A DNA stretch of 63,473 bases, the filler included, from Octopus bimaculoides (Eukaryota), in the NCBI RefSeq assembly GCF_001194135.2. It is 4 parts of 4 records of this genome, joined end to end, with 100 filler letters (N's around TTAATTAATTAA, not from the genome) between each part and the next. Parts side by side here need not be neighbours in the genome. Positions count along the whole stretch, not along the records: positions 24,987 to 56,652 come from NC_068988.1; 3 more parts are not named here. One strand, 5' to 3'. The position numbers and the translations under genes were made by a program. Every line of letters begins with the position of its first letter. Position 1 is the first letter of the stretch. Under the pieces are notes generated by a model. That model did not search any database. It saw only the letters and a list, made by a program, of their open reading frames with translations, and was not told the DNA's origin. Shown here one piece after another: positions 40,940-53,126 of the stretch.

Positions 40940-43141
40940 GTGTATGTATGTATGTATGTATGTACTATGTACGTATGTATTTATGAATGTATGTACAGGA
41001 CCTGTCAAGCCAAGTGCACCCGTGCCAGTGGCATGTAAAAGCACCCATTACACTCTTGGAGTGGTTGGCATTAGGAAGGGCATTTCTGTCATTAGACTGC
41101 AGCCATGCTGGGTAATTGCTTTGAAGAATTCTAATGGAATGAATTGAACCCTGTATTTAGTTTTTAAGTTTGGATCTTATTCTATCGATCTCTTTTACCG
41201 AGAGGACATAAACAGATCAACACTGGTCGTCAAGTGGTGGTGGGGTGCAAGTACAAGCACACATATATTGGGGGCGGGGTATGTATATATCAATGTATAT
41301 GTGTGTATATATGTGAGTATATATGTATATATATATGATGGGCTTGTTTTAGTTTCCACCTACTAAATCCACTCAGAAGGCTTTGGTCAGCCTGAGGCTT
41401 TGGTCGGCCTGAGTCTATGGTAACTGAACCCGGAACCATGTGGCGGGAACCAAACTTTTTCCCACACAGCCACACCTGTGCCTATATTTAAATGTTCAGC
41501 AATAATATCTATGAATTTTTTACTAAGTTAGTTATACAGCCAACAATTTTGAGGTAAGGGGATTAATTGATTATATTGATACAAGTACTTTACTGATTTT
41601 GTCAAGTACTTTATTTTTATCAAACTTGGAGGGATGAAGGACAAAGCTGACCTTGGCAAAATTTGAATTCAGAAAGTAAAGAGCCAGAAGGAAATCCAGA
41701 AGGCACTTTTTCTAACACTAACAATTCTGATGGATCCCAGCTTCAAATGGGAACAGAATCTAATTTACAGAATTGGATTTCTAATGATATCATGACACTT
41801 CCAATTTCTCTAGTATATTATACCGTATGTAACACAGGTGGCTACAGTCAATCTAAATTCTCTGTTAGGTTTATAACCAATTATAAGGAATTGATTATAT
41901 AGAATATTGAACTTATCAGCTATGTTCATATTTACTAAGATGATATCAAACCAAATGCAATATACCCTGATATCCATAGAACATTTGATATGATTCAATA
42001 AGAAAACATATAGAATGGTACCAGCTAGTGTTAAGCATTGTATATTTGTGGATAAAATATCTGGGTTGCGCCAAAACAATATGATGGTCATTGTGATCAC
42101 GACTATCCTGTATTTATTACTGGAAATTCTGTCATAACATTTAAGACTTGAATTTCATCATCATATAAAGACAAACAGCTGTTTATTGAAAGATCCTTAA
42201 CTCATACATTTATCAAAAGAAGTAGTTACATTGATGGTGATCCCTTGCAGCTTGTTTGGAAAGTTTAGTTGTTTTGAATGTAGTGTGATTGTGGGAAAAA
42301 GACATTGGCTGTTAAATTGGCTACTTATCAGATTTAACACAATCATAATATCACTCTGAGCTAAACACTTGAACTTCAGATGCAAAGTAACATGTCAGAG
42401 TGTCATTCACTCTTGAGCTTATTGCTGATAATTAATAATCTCATTAATTCTGCAATAGGGTTACATTTCAAGTTCAAAAGCAGTAATGATATTTATGAGG
42501 GCACCTTTCAAACAGATGGCTTTGAAGACTTGAAACAGCTTTTTTAAAGACTCACCTGATATATCTAGACTTTAATTAATAATACTTATCAAATGTAGGC
42601 TTGCATGTTTGCTGTATTACAATTAACAGACTTCTGGATATTACTTATTTTGTTGGTGATTTATTCCAGCATTGCATAACCAAACTAGTCCTACTTTATG
42701 GAGTGATTGGAAATACGGTTGCATTTGGTCATTGTTACTATTCCTATTGACTACGCTCTAGTTAGCTCTGATTAAATAGAATTGGTGAATTAGCTAATTA
42801 AAAGGAGCACTCAAAATGTTGCTTTTGAACATGGATTTCTTGTCTTTATGGTAGGATATGTTACCTGGATTTTATAGACAACAAGAAATTTGTTAATGAT
42901 GAGTTGGCTGTTTTATTGAGCAAAATAATTCATTGACAACACAGAAGATTCATTGCTGGTTTCTTGATGTATTTGGTGCTAGGCAAAGGAAAGTTAGTAA
43001 AAAGATAAAGATGAAATAATTCGATGTAACTTGAAAGAGATAAAAGGTTACAGGTTATGGAAAGGTATGATGTTAATTTTGGTGGGAATAAAATATAATA
43101 TTAGAGATTGGTCTAATTACATCACTGGAAAATATGATAGA

Positions 43142-43184
<43 letters not shown>

Positions 43185-44089
43185 TGCGTGTGTGTATATG
43201 TGTGTATGCATGTACACATATGTATATGTATATATACAAAAATATGTATAGCACATACATTTATACATATACATGTGTATCAACTTGCACATCCCAAAAC
43301 ACATTCACACACACGTATTGTAACTCAAATGTTATTGTCGTGAATATAAGTATATGCATGATTTTGTGGTTAAAGAAGTTCACTTCACAACTGGGTTTGA
43401 TATATCTAGGTCAATTTTCATTTATTGTAACCCATTTGGCTACAAATACAATGAATTACTAATAAGAAATAACAGCTTCAAGTGATTCTCTACACCGCAA
43501 AAAATTCATCAGGAAAAGGTTTGTTGAGGCATTTGAGTTGTAACAGCTGAAGCTGAAATTGTTAGCTACTATAAGGCATTTTCACATGGTTGAATTCGTT
43601 AGGAAATAACTATTATTCCGTATGTAAACACAAAGAACATTCTCTCATTTTTGTGATTTCTAAACTGAAATCATTCTATGAAAAAGAGAAATATTACACA
43701 TTACATAAAATTTCTCTAGATTTGTAATTATTTTCATCTTTAATGCTCTCACTTTGTGAAGAAATATTCAATTGAGAACTAAGAAGTGTCATGTTGATGA
43801 CTTCTAAAAAAGAATGAAATAGTTCTACACATGGTTACCACCAACTAGAAATTGTAAGGACTTTGTAATAAGCAAACAAAGAAGAAAATTAATGTGGGAA
43901 TTCTAACTAACTTCTTCTTTGTAATTTCTTAATTTCAGATTCAAATTTCAATTCCCATTAACAGTAATGAATAACTAATTATCTCCTTTATAATAGTTGC
44001 TTTCTCCAGGGAGTTCACATGTAGTTGTCCAATACTTTAAGAGGGAAGGGGAAATCTAGTAGATGAAGACTGCAAAAAAAAATACTTCT

Positions 44090-44141
<52 letters not shown>

Positions 44142-44844
44142 NNNNNNNNNNNNNNNNNNNNNNNNNNNNNNNNNNNNNNNNNNNNNNNNNNNNNNNNNNN
44201 NNNNNNNNNNNNNNNNNNNNCTATGTAAAGTTGCTTCTCTCTATGCCAAAAGTTAATTTTGTCATTCAAAAAAAAAAAAAATCAACGTAATAAAAGCCAG
44301 ACTGAAATAAGTATTAGGAGTGTTTGATATGACTGATTAAAACTCCATGAATATGTTGTCTCAGCATGGATAGAGTCCTATGACTGAAATAAATAAAAAA
44401 TATATTCTAAGTAGAAGGTTAATAGTCTGGAAATTATAATCTTAATAATGACTTGTTTCAGACATTCAGACATTTTAAAGAAGAAAATATTATTTGTTGT
44501 TATTCAAAGTATTGATATATTGCTTTCAACTTATTTATTTTGATGTAACTTCATTTCCTTATGTGTATGCTTCTAAGAATCTTAACTCTTTCTATGATTA
44601 TGTCTACACAGAAGGTTGTGTGGTTAAGACAGTTACATTAAAAGCCTTGTGAATCAGGCTCGGGCTCATGGTGCTGCAGTTTGAGAAAATATCTTCTTCT
44701 TGTGTAACGTTGTGTTACTTGTGAGTTAAATTACAATAATGATAGCTGTGTAGAACATAAGCACAAACACACACATACACACGTGGTTGTGTGTATATAT
44801 GTATATATGTTTATGTATACAAATATTCTTCTTTTCTTTCCTCC

Positions 44845-45410
44845 TCCTCTTCTTCTTCTTCTTCTTCTTAGGTTCATTGGTGCCCTTGAGTACACATCAT
44901 GCAGTCAATGGTCACCAATTATCTTTGTCTCTTGCCAACCGGTATGCTTCTTCCCAGGTACTGTTCAATCTGCGTAGGTCTTCTTTGAAGGTACTACACC
45001 ATGTCTTCCTTGGCCAGCCTCTTTTTCTCTTACCTTCCAGTGGCATCCAGCCCATGTCTGTTTTGGCAAACCTTTCCTCTGGCAGTCTTAGTATGTGTCC
45101 AGCCATTCTCATTCATCATACAGTTGCAATTGCTTGCAGGGGCCTTACTCTTGCTGCTTAGAGAATGGTTTCATTTGTCACTCTGCCTTAATAAGTGATT
45201 CTTAGGATCTTTCTGAAGCACCGCTGATGAAATACGTCAAGTTGGCAGGTGATGATTTTGCTGTCATCTTCCAGGTCTCAGCTGCATAAATCACTATTGC
45301 CAGTATTGCTGTTTTGAACAGATGAATCTTCAGCTCTGTACTTATGTTATTGCTACACCAAAGTGTTGTCAGTTTTCTAAATACTGCTGCTGTCTTAGCA
45401 ATTCTACAAC
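44845..45410 (-). mobile_element. RTE-clade LINE 3' end with (AAG)n tail
   Basis: MAGHILRLPEERFAKTDMGWMPLEGKRKRGWPRKTW; the tail appears as (CTT)n at about 44845-44868. Confidence 0.9.
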
Positions 45411-45611
45411 CCTTTAAGGCAGTGCTCCAGTATGGCTGCAGTCAAATGACTGAAACAAGTAAAAGCTTAAAAGAATAAGGAAATCTATTTCTCTCACCTT
45501 TATATCATTTAGATAGAGATATCTTCATAGACTTAACTCACCCTATCCAGATTAGTAGATATTGTATCAAGTGCAGTCACTTCCTACTAGTTGTTAGAAT
45601 TTCAGCTAAAA

Positions 45612-45845
45612 CAGTGGTGAACTGGCTGAATCATTAGCACACCGGATGAAATGCTTAGCAGTATTTTGTCTGCCATTATGTTCTGAGTTCAAATTCTGCC
45701 AAGGTCGACTTTGCCTTTCATCCTTTTGGGGTTGATTAAATAAGTACCAGTTACACACTGGGGTCGATGTAATCGATTTAATCTCTTTGTCTGTCCCTGT
45801 TTGTCCCCTCTGTGTTTAGCCCCCTGTGGGCAATGAAGAGATAAA
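45612..45845 (+). mobile_element. SINE family B, near full length
   Basis: GGTCGACTTTGCCTTTCATCCTTTTGGGGTTGATTAAATAAGTACCAG core. Confidence 0.85.
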
Positions 45846-46629
45846 CATTACCTAAAACAAAGATTTTCAAAAGTGATTTTTTTTCTTTTTCTTTTTATTG
45901 ATTAATCAGGAAGAAGGGGTTTGTACCCATGATTTTAGAAACAAAAAAACAAAACTTGTCTGATAATTATCAGTGACATTGGGATACTTAAAAAGGTTTG
46001 AGAAGGGCAATTAACTATAAACATGGTCTGGTATTCAGGAAAACAAACAACAAAAAAACAAAATGATATTGCACACTTTCATACTGTTGCTATGGTAATG
46101 AATGAAATTGGGTAGGGTGGGGTGGTGTGTGGTGAATTCAGGGAGAGAGCAAACTCATCAGAAAAACATGCAAGCACAGGGAAATTTTAAAAATGTAATA
46201 AAACAGCAAAATCAAAGCAAAATAATTCAAATTAAATGTTGCCAAAAAACAATGAAGATGATGATGGCAATGATGATGATGAAGGTGTGGGTAGTGGTGA
46301 TGATTCTCATTATTATCGCCAACATACTGCTAAAGTGTGAAACGTCAGAATGAACCCTGGAGATGCTCTTTGTTAAATGCACTGTACACCTTCTGATGGA
46401 TGAGTGTCATGCTGCTGAGGATGGATGTCAGTGAAGACGAATGAATTGATTCTCCTTACCTAAAAGTATTGATGACTGAAATCCCTCTGGAATAGAACCA
46501 TAGAACTACCATATTTACACAAAACAAAAGAGCTTCATCTACATGATCACTTGACCTGTATAGAAATAGTTGTCGTGGTTACTCCAAATCAAAACCTAAT
46601 GTCTTTGACATATGTAGAGAGAGCGAATT

Positions 46630-46890
46630 CTAGTATTTCAAATCCGGGTTGTCCCTATTAACAGGGGTGGCCAGATCTACCTCATTCTCACACCATCTCG
46701 CCCAGTTTTGGGTGTCCTCCCTTCTCAAGCCAATTCTCCCAATCTCCTCCTCCACTTGTCCCCTGCATGTTTCCTTTGTTCGACCTTGTTTTCGAGGTTC
46801 ATTCCCTTGAAACTCAAGCACTCTCCTTAGAGCATGATCCTCATCCCTCCCCAACACATGTCCATACCACCGCACTCCTTTCACCCTTGT
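46630..46890 (-). mobile_element. RTE-clade LINE 3' fragment
   Basis: VRWYGHVLGRDEDHALRRVLEF...RKQGRTKET. Confidence 0.85.
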
Positions 46891-47243
46891 CTGGACACAT
46901 TGAAAAAAAAAAACAACCTAATCTTAAAAACAATGTTTGAGTGAAATAGAGCTGGTTGGTCATGGCTGGAAGCTCTTTGATCATCAGTTTGTTTAATCAT
47001 TACAAAATAATTCATTCTGCTATAGGCACCAGACCTGAACATTTTGGTGGGAAGATCTAATTGATTACATTGGTCCCAGCGTTCGATTGATTTTTATTTT
47101 AGCGTCTCTGAAAGGATGAATGACAAAGTTGACTTCAGCAGAATTTGAACTCAAAACTTAAAGCTAGAAGAAATGTCGCTGGGTGTTTCATCTGGCATGC
47201 TAATGATTCTACCAGCTCACAGCCTTTTCTTTCTTTCTTGCCT

Positions 47244-47475
47244 TTAATCCTCCAACACGGAGTATAGGCCACTTATAATTGAATTCCATGTCGCATAATT
47301 TTTCACTTCTGTACTTATATTCTGCCATGAATGTCCCCCTTTCTCTAGTTCCTTTTGTGTTGATCTATGCCATGAGTTCTTAGGCCTACCCCTCTTTCTA
47401 TATCCATCCAGATTCCACTGTAAAGCACTTTTAGCTACATTTGGTGTGTCCTTTCTAATTGTGCTACCAATCCAC
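47244..47475 (-). mobile_element. RTE-clade LINE 3' fragment (different subfamily)
   Basis: IKWIGSTIRKDTPNVAKSALQWNLDGYRKRGRPKNSW. Confidence 0.85.
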
Positions 47476-47530
47476 TTGATAATTGCTAAATAATAATACA
47501 TAGTATTTATGATATACAAGTTCCTAGCTT

Positions 47531-47720
47531 TAAGGGTATCAAGAAAGTCCTGGTTGGACACCCAACTTTCCGAATTCTTTTACAGGGCTTAGAAAAACTG
47601 AAGGACTGCCGCAATAAATGTATGAATCTGAGAGAGGACTATGTTGAATAAAATCATAATTAACTGATCCTCTTCTGTTTTCTTTTCCACAAAGCCAAGA
47701 AATTTTCGGCACCTCATTAT
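47531..47720 (+). mobile_element. Mariner-derived MITE retaining the transposase C-terminus
   Basis: Decayed ...RGLEKLKDCRNKCMNLREDYVE* matches mariner C-termini; degenerate TIRs at both ends, with TA. Confidence 0.75.
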
Positions 47721-48180
47721 AGATATAAAGGACAAATACAGTATATAATTTTTCAGTTTCACACACACACACCCATGCATGCATGCACACACACACACAC
47801 ACATAAAAGCTTACTGATCACTAAAATCTATAGACAGAGGACCTAAGGACATCAGTGAAGGAGGTAATTCACTTTTTTGTCAATAATGTGGTTGAGAGTG
47901 AAGAATAGTGGTCTAAATTAAATTAATTCAAATCTGATACGAATTCTTTTATTTTGCTTTAAACCAGAAATTTATGGTGAATAACAAACAGGTTTTATTC
48001 TGTTTATATTTTACCCAAGGGAATTGCTGATGTAAGTGAAAAAATATAGATTTAGGCAGGTATTGAAACCACGTTGTTGCAATGACTCACTAGAAACTCA
48101 CAAGCCCTTGTTTTGAGAGAAAAGGAAAACTTAAAAATTTTTAATTATAATAATGTGAAATTTTTGTAAATTACAAGAAC

Positions 48181-48193
48181 GATGCTGCTGCTG

Positions 48194-48265
<72 letters not shown>
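48181..48265. repeat. (GCT)n/(GAT)n microsatellite
   Basis: Seen directly. Confidence 0.95.
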
Positions 48266-48561
48266 CTAATGGTGATAGTGATTATGATGAATAGGGTGAA
48301 AATAGTAACAATAATATTAAGACTGACAATGATGGCAGTGACATAAACAACAATGGTGAAAATAATGACACTGATGAGTATGGTGATGACAATGATGATG
48401 ATGCTATGGGTGAAAGAGAGAGAGGGAGAGAGAGAATGAGAGAGTGAGAGAGTGAGAGTGAGAGAAAGAGAGCTAGGGTAGAGAAGAAGATTGATGAATC
48501 AAATAAATTTTCATTTTCATTTTGTTAATTCATGATTTCTTTGTAAATTTCCATCATACAA

Positions 48562-48609
<48 letters not shown>

Positions 48610-48868
48610 NNNNNNNNNNNNNNNNNNNNNNNNNNNNNNNNNNNNNNNACACAAACAGAAAAATAATTAATATAAATTGAGAAAAAAAGTATAATTTTTT
48701 TCTCTTTATATAAATTTTAGCTGATTATTTTTTTAGGCCTTTTATTTTCTGTTTCACAACTTCAATGTTGTGGAAAATAAAAAAAAAAAAGAAAGAAGAC
48801 CAACAAAAATAGAATAGAATTAAAAAGACACAATATACATATATATATTTACGTGTATATATACATAC

Positions 48869-48932
<64 letters not shown>

Positions 48933-49830
48933 GTAAANNNNNNNNNNNNNNNNNNNNNNNNNNNNNNNNNNNNNNNNNNNNNNNNNNNNNNNNNNNNNNN
49001 NNNNNNNNNNNNNNNNNNNNNNNNNNNNNNNNNNNNNNNNNNNNNNNNNNNNNNNNNNNNNNNNNNNNNNNNNNNNNNNNNNNNNNNNNNNNNNNNNNNN
49101 NNNNNNNNNNNNNNNNNNNNNNNNNNNNNNNNNNNNNNNNNNNNNNNNNNNNNNNNNNNNNNNNNNNNNNNNNNNNNNNNNNNNNNNNNNNNNNNNNNNN
49201 NNNNNNNNNNNNNNNNNNNNNNNNNNNNNNNNNNNNNNNNNNNNNNNNNNNNNNNNNNNNNNNNNNNNNNNNNNNNNNNNNNNNNNNNNNNNNNNNNNNN
49301 NNNNNNNNNNNNNNNNNNNNNNNNNNNNNNNNNNNNNNNNNNNNNNNNNNNNNNNNNNNNNNNNNNNNNNNNNNNNNNNNNNNNNNNNNNNNNNNNNNNN
49401 NNNNNNNNNNNNNNNNNNNNNNNNNNNNNNNNNNNNNNNNNNNNNNNNNNNNNNNNNNNNNNNNNNNNNNNNNNNNNNNNNNNNNNNNNNNNNNNNNNNN
49501 NNNNNNNNNNNNNNNNNNNNNNNNNNNNNNNNNNNNNNNNNNNNNNNNNNNNNNNNNNNNNNGTGTGTGTGTGTGTGTGTGAGTGATGTTGTCGTTGAAG
49601 CATTGTCACTTACTTGTTTTTTTATTTTTTAGGGAGTCAGATGTGTATGTTTACGTATGTGTCTGAGTGTATGTCTGTGTATGGTGTGTGTGCATGCATG
49701 TGTGTGTGTGTGTTTGTGTATGTGAGCTGTGCTTATGTGTGACACCATAGACCGACATTGAGTTATCTATCCAAAAATTCAAAGTTGTTTCTTATATATA
49801 TACATATTTGTGTATATACATAAAGTGTGT

Positions 49831-49874
<44 letters not shown>

Positions 49875-49928
49875 CAGTATATATGTATATAAATACATAT
49901 ATATACATACAGTACATATATACATAAA

Positions 49929-49960
<32 letters not shown>

Positions 49961-50151
49961 GCATGTGTATACATACACCTGTTTATATGTTTATGTGTAT
50001 ATATACATGCACACATCTATGTATACATGAATGTATGCATATATATTCATATGCATACACACACATGTATAAAACCTTATGAAATATATTCAGTAACAAT
50101 AATTTGAAGGAAACCTTACACAAGATCTGTATGGGTGTGTGTGTGTGTGTG

Positions 50152-50189
<38 letters not shown>

Positions 50190-50744
50190 TACACATGATC
50201 ACACATGCTAATGCACTCACACGCACCCACACATGTATCCACACACACACTCATATATTCCTTGGATGACTGTTTCACAGAGCTCAGAGAGTACTGGGTA
50301 GTGCTTAGTTGTCACAATTCTTTATGTAATGACTTCAGTTCTTGTTAAACCTATTCATCCCTCCAGCAGATATAGAAAAGAAACAAAAAACAAGTACCAG
50401 TCATTTACTAGGTTTGATAAAATTGATTGCTCCAGTCACTCATTATTGAGTATCTTCTGTGTTTATCCTCTCACATTTATTTCATTTATTTTATTAGATT
50501 ATATGATTTTAGCTCCACTTTATAATTTAGAATTTAGAGTTTAGAATATTGTGCACATTTTCTATATTACATAATTATTATAAGGTGGTGTATTGACAGA
50601 ATTATAACTGTGCTGGACAAAATAATTAGCAGAATTTCTTAAATTACCTGTTAACGTTACCTAGCCAGCACTGATTTGTTATGATGCTTTGTATCAAAAT
50701 ATGTCTAATTTTAGCAAGAACATGATTGGAGGACAAGGTAATGT

Positions 50745-51130
50745 ATGTATACTTTTATTCATATTCTTTTACTCATTCCAGGCATTTGACTGTGACCATG
50801 CTGGAGCACCACCTTTGAACAAATTGACCCTAGGACTTATTCTTTATAAGCCTAAAACTTATTCTATCAGTCTCTTTTGCTGCACCACTAAGTTACTGGG
50901 ATGTAAACACACCAATATCGGAGGGGGGAAGCAAATACAGACTCACAAACACATTCATACACACACACACGATGGGATGCTTTCAGTTTCTGTCTACCAA
51001 ATCCATTCACAAGGCTTTGGTCAGCCCGAAGCTATAGTAGAAGACACTTGCCCAAGGTGTCACCTAGTGGGACTTAACTCGGAACCATGTGGTTGGTAAG
51101 CAAGCTACTTACCACACAACCACTCCTGCA
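50745..51130 (-). mobile_element. SINE family C, near full length, CpG-decayed
   Basis: Colinear with 8985-9510. Confidence 0.85.
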
Positions 51131-52199
51131 CCTACATGTTACTGTTATCTCTATAGAAATTATAGCCAGTACTTATTTGTCATCTCATTTTGTATCTAAA
51201 TGTGTATAATTCAAACAACAAAAACTATGTCATTCAAGAAGGAGAAATAGGTGATGTGTGTATATGCATATTTCAGGAGTTCTTGCACTTTCTTCAGTAT
51301 CAAATATCTACATATCATTTGCCAGGCTTATGCTTAATATGTAAAATCAGTATATCCAATTTAGTGGCTATTTAAGCAATGAATTTATGAATGGGTCATG
51401 GGTTGTATATGAATCTGAAGAAGCAGCAATAACTTCTGAAATATTCTTATGCACCCATCACCTATTTTTCCTTCTTCAATCACATTATTATTTACATTTG
51501 ACATGTTTGGATACAAAAGGTCGTAACAAAAGAATGTTGGTTATAATTTCAATAGAAAAATCTGTAGAGATAACCTTAACAAAAGATTTAATAGCACTGC
51601 TAACACAGTAGAACATAGTATTGACTTATAAAGCATTTAATTTACTATGTAGTATATTACGGCTGCATAATAAAGTTTGGTTCCTAACAAGTAATTAATT
51701 CTCCTGACTTCATGCTCCAAGTTCATATGTAGCCAGGATCGAGTTTACCTTTCATCTTTTCATGGGTGTAAATAATAAGTACCAGCTGAACACTGAAGTC
51801 AATGTAATTAATTTAAACCCTTCCGAAAATTACTGGCCTTGTGCAATGGATCATGAGATAGACTGACTAGTTTTCTTAGCTATAGCTGTTGTACCTCACT
51901 AATTTATGCACTCCTCTTAATAACAAAAAGTACTCCCTCTCTCTCTCTCTCTCTTCTCCATTTTCTCTCTATTTTATTTCTATTTTCTGTGATCTTAAGT
52001 ATTTATATTTTATTTTATATTAGCTTTGCGATATTCTTGATGTGAAGTTTCTCATTCTGTTTAAAAAGAAAATTGATTAAAAAAGAAATCACACACACGC
52101 ACACACACACAAAGTGGGCCAGAAGTCATGTACCAAAACATGTGACATTTTATTTATATTACATTATTTTCTTCTACTATTTTGTCATTCTCTATGGTA

Positions 52200-52660
52200 C
52201 ATATATACGAAGACCAATATACCCATCATAATTACCTGTCTGATTCGTGTACACCAGGCACATGCATCACAACCATATGAGCTTGACATGGTGATCCCAT
52301 ATCAAGATAAATGGCACATGATCTTGCAAATGAAACCCCATCAAGATTTTCTTCAGGTCAAGCAGTCCATCCCACTTTCAAGGACTCTAAATAAGGATGT
52401 TTAAGGATGATGAATGAAACACCCATGTTTCCAAAAGTGAATTATTCAAGCCCCCAAAAATTCCTCTCAACACATGGTTATGATACTTCCCAACTACTGC
52501 TCATTGTCAGAAATGCACGCATTGTCAGCCATTAAAGAACATGCTCAACTGGTTAAGGTCAAGCAGCTGACAAGAAAGTCTGTAGTTTTGAACAAAATAT
52601 TTGCTGTAGCCCATCTTTTATGCCAAGACAAAACAGGTGCATGATAACATTTCCAGTCAG
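52200..52660 (-). mobile_element. Interspersed repeat family E
   Basis: Inverted homology to 38835-39050. Confidence 0.65.
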
Positions 52661-52802
52661 TTAAAACCAAGATGAGCTGTGAGCTCTATTCTCCTGACTG
52701 TATTCTTTTATCTACTGTTTTACTCTTTATTCTTCTATCTACTATTTTATTCCTTATAAACTTTGAATTTCCTTGACTAGATCTTTCATACATACTCACT
52801 TT

Positions 52803-52877
52803 GTCTCTGATGATGGAATACCCAGTGTAGAGACATGGTAGTCTATCACTTCGGATATCCAGAAACAGCTGTAAGAC
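52803..52877 (+). ncRNA. Type I hammerhead ribozyme motif (Penelope/retrozyme-like)
   Basis: Helix I GTCT/AGAC; core CTGATGA; extended helix II TGGA..TCCA with inner hairpin; GAAA; palindromic helix III A-CAGCTG-T; cleavage triplet GUA. Confidence 0.8.
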
Positions 52878-53051
52878 TTCAAATTCACCTTGCCCTAATT
52901 AAATATTCTAAATGACTTGAGATACTTGTCCNNNNNNNNNNCCTGACTGTATTCTTTTATCTACTGTTTTACTCTTTATTCTTCTATCTACTATTTTATT
53001 CCTTATAAACTTTGAATTTCCTTGACTAGATCTTTCATACATACTCACTTT

Positions 53052-53126
53052 GTCTCTGATGATGGAATACCTAGTGTAGAGACATGGTAGTCTATCACTT
53101 CGGATATCCAGAAACAGCGGTAAGAC
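53052..53126 (+). ncRNA. Second copy of the hammerhead motif (helix III CAGCGG variant)
   Basis: Part of a 239-bp duplication (52693-52931 and 52942-53180) around a 10-N gap, with 2 differences. It may be an allelic assembly overlap. Confidence 0.55.

Noticed and set aside
41900-42770. Protein-like patches in several frames (signal-peptide-like 55-aa ORF, GPCR TM1-like GVIGN, hydrophobic C-terminus)
   Set aside because: Mutually exclusive frames and strands, many stops, and no recognisable family.
44300-44400. Strong minus-strand acceptors TTTCAG|TCAT
   Set aside because: They derive from decayed SINE family C tails.
50255-50320. Hammerhead-like remnants here and at 54570-54650 (minus strand)
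   Set aside because: Core and helices are too degenerate to support.
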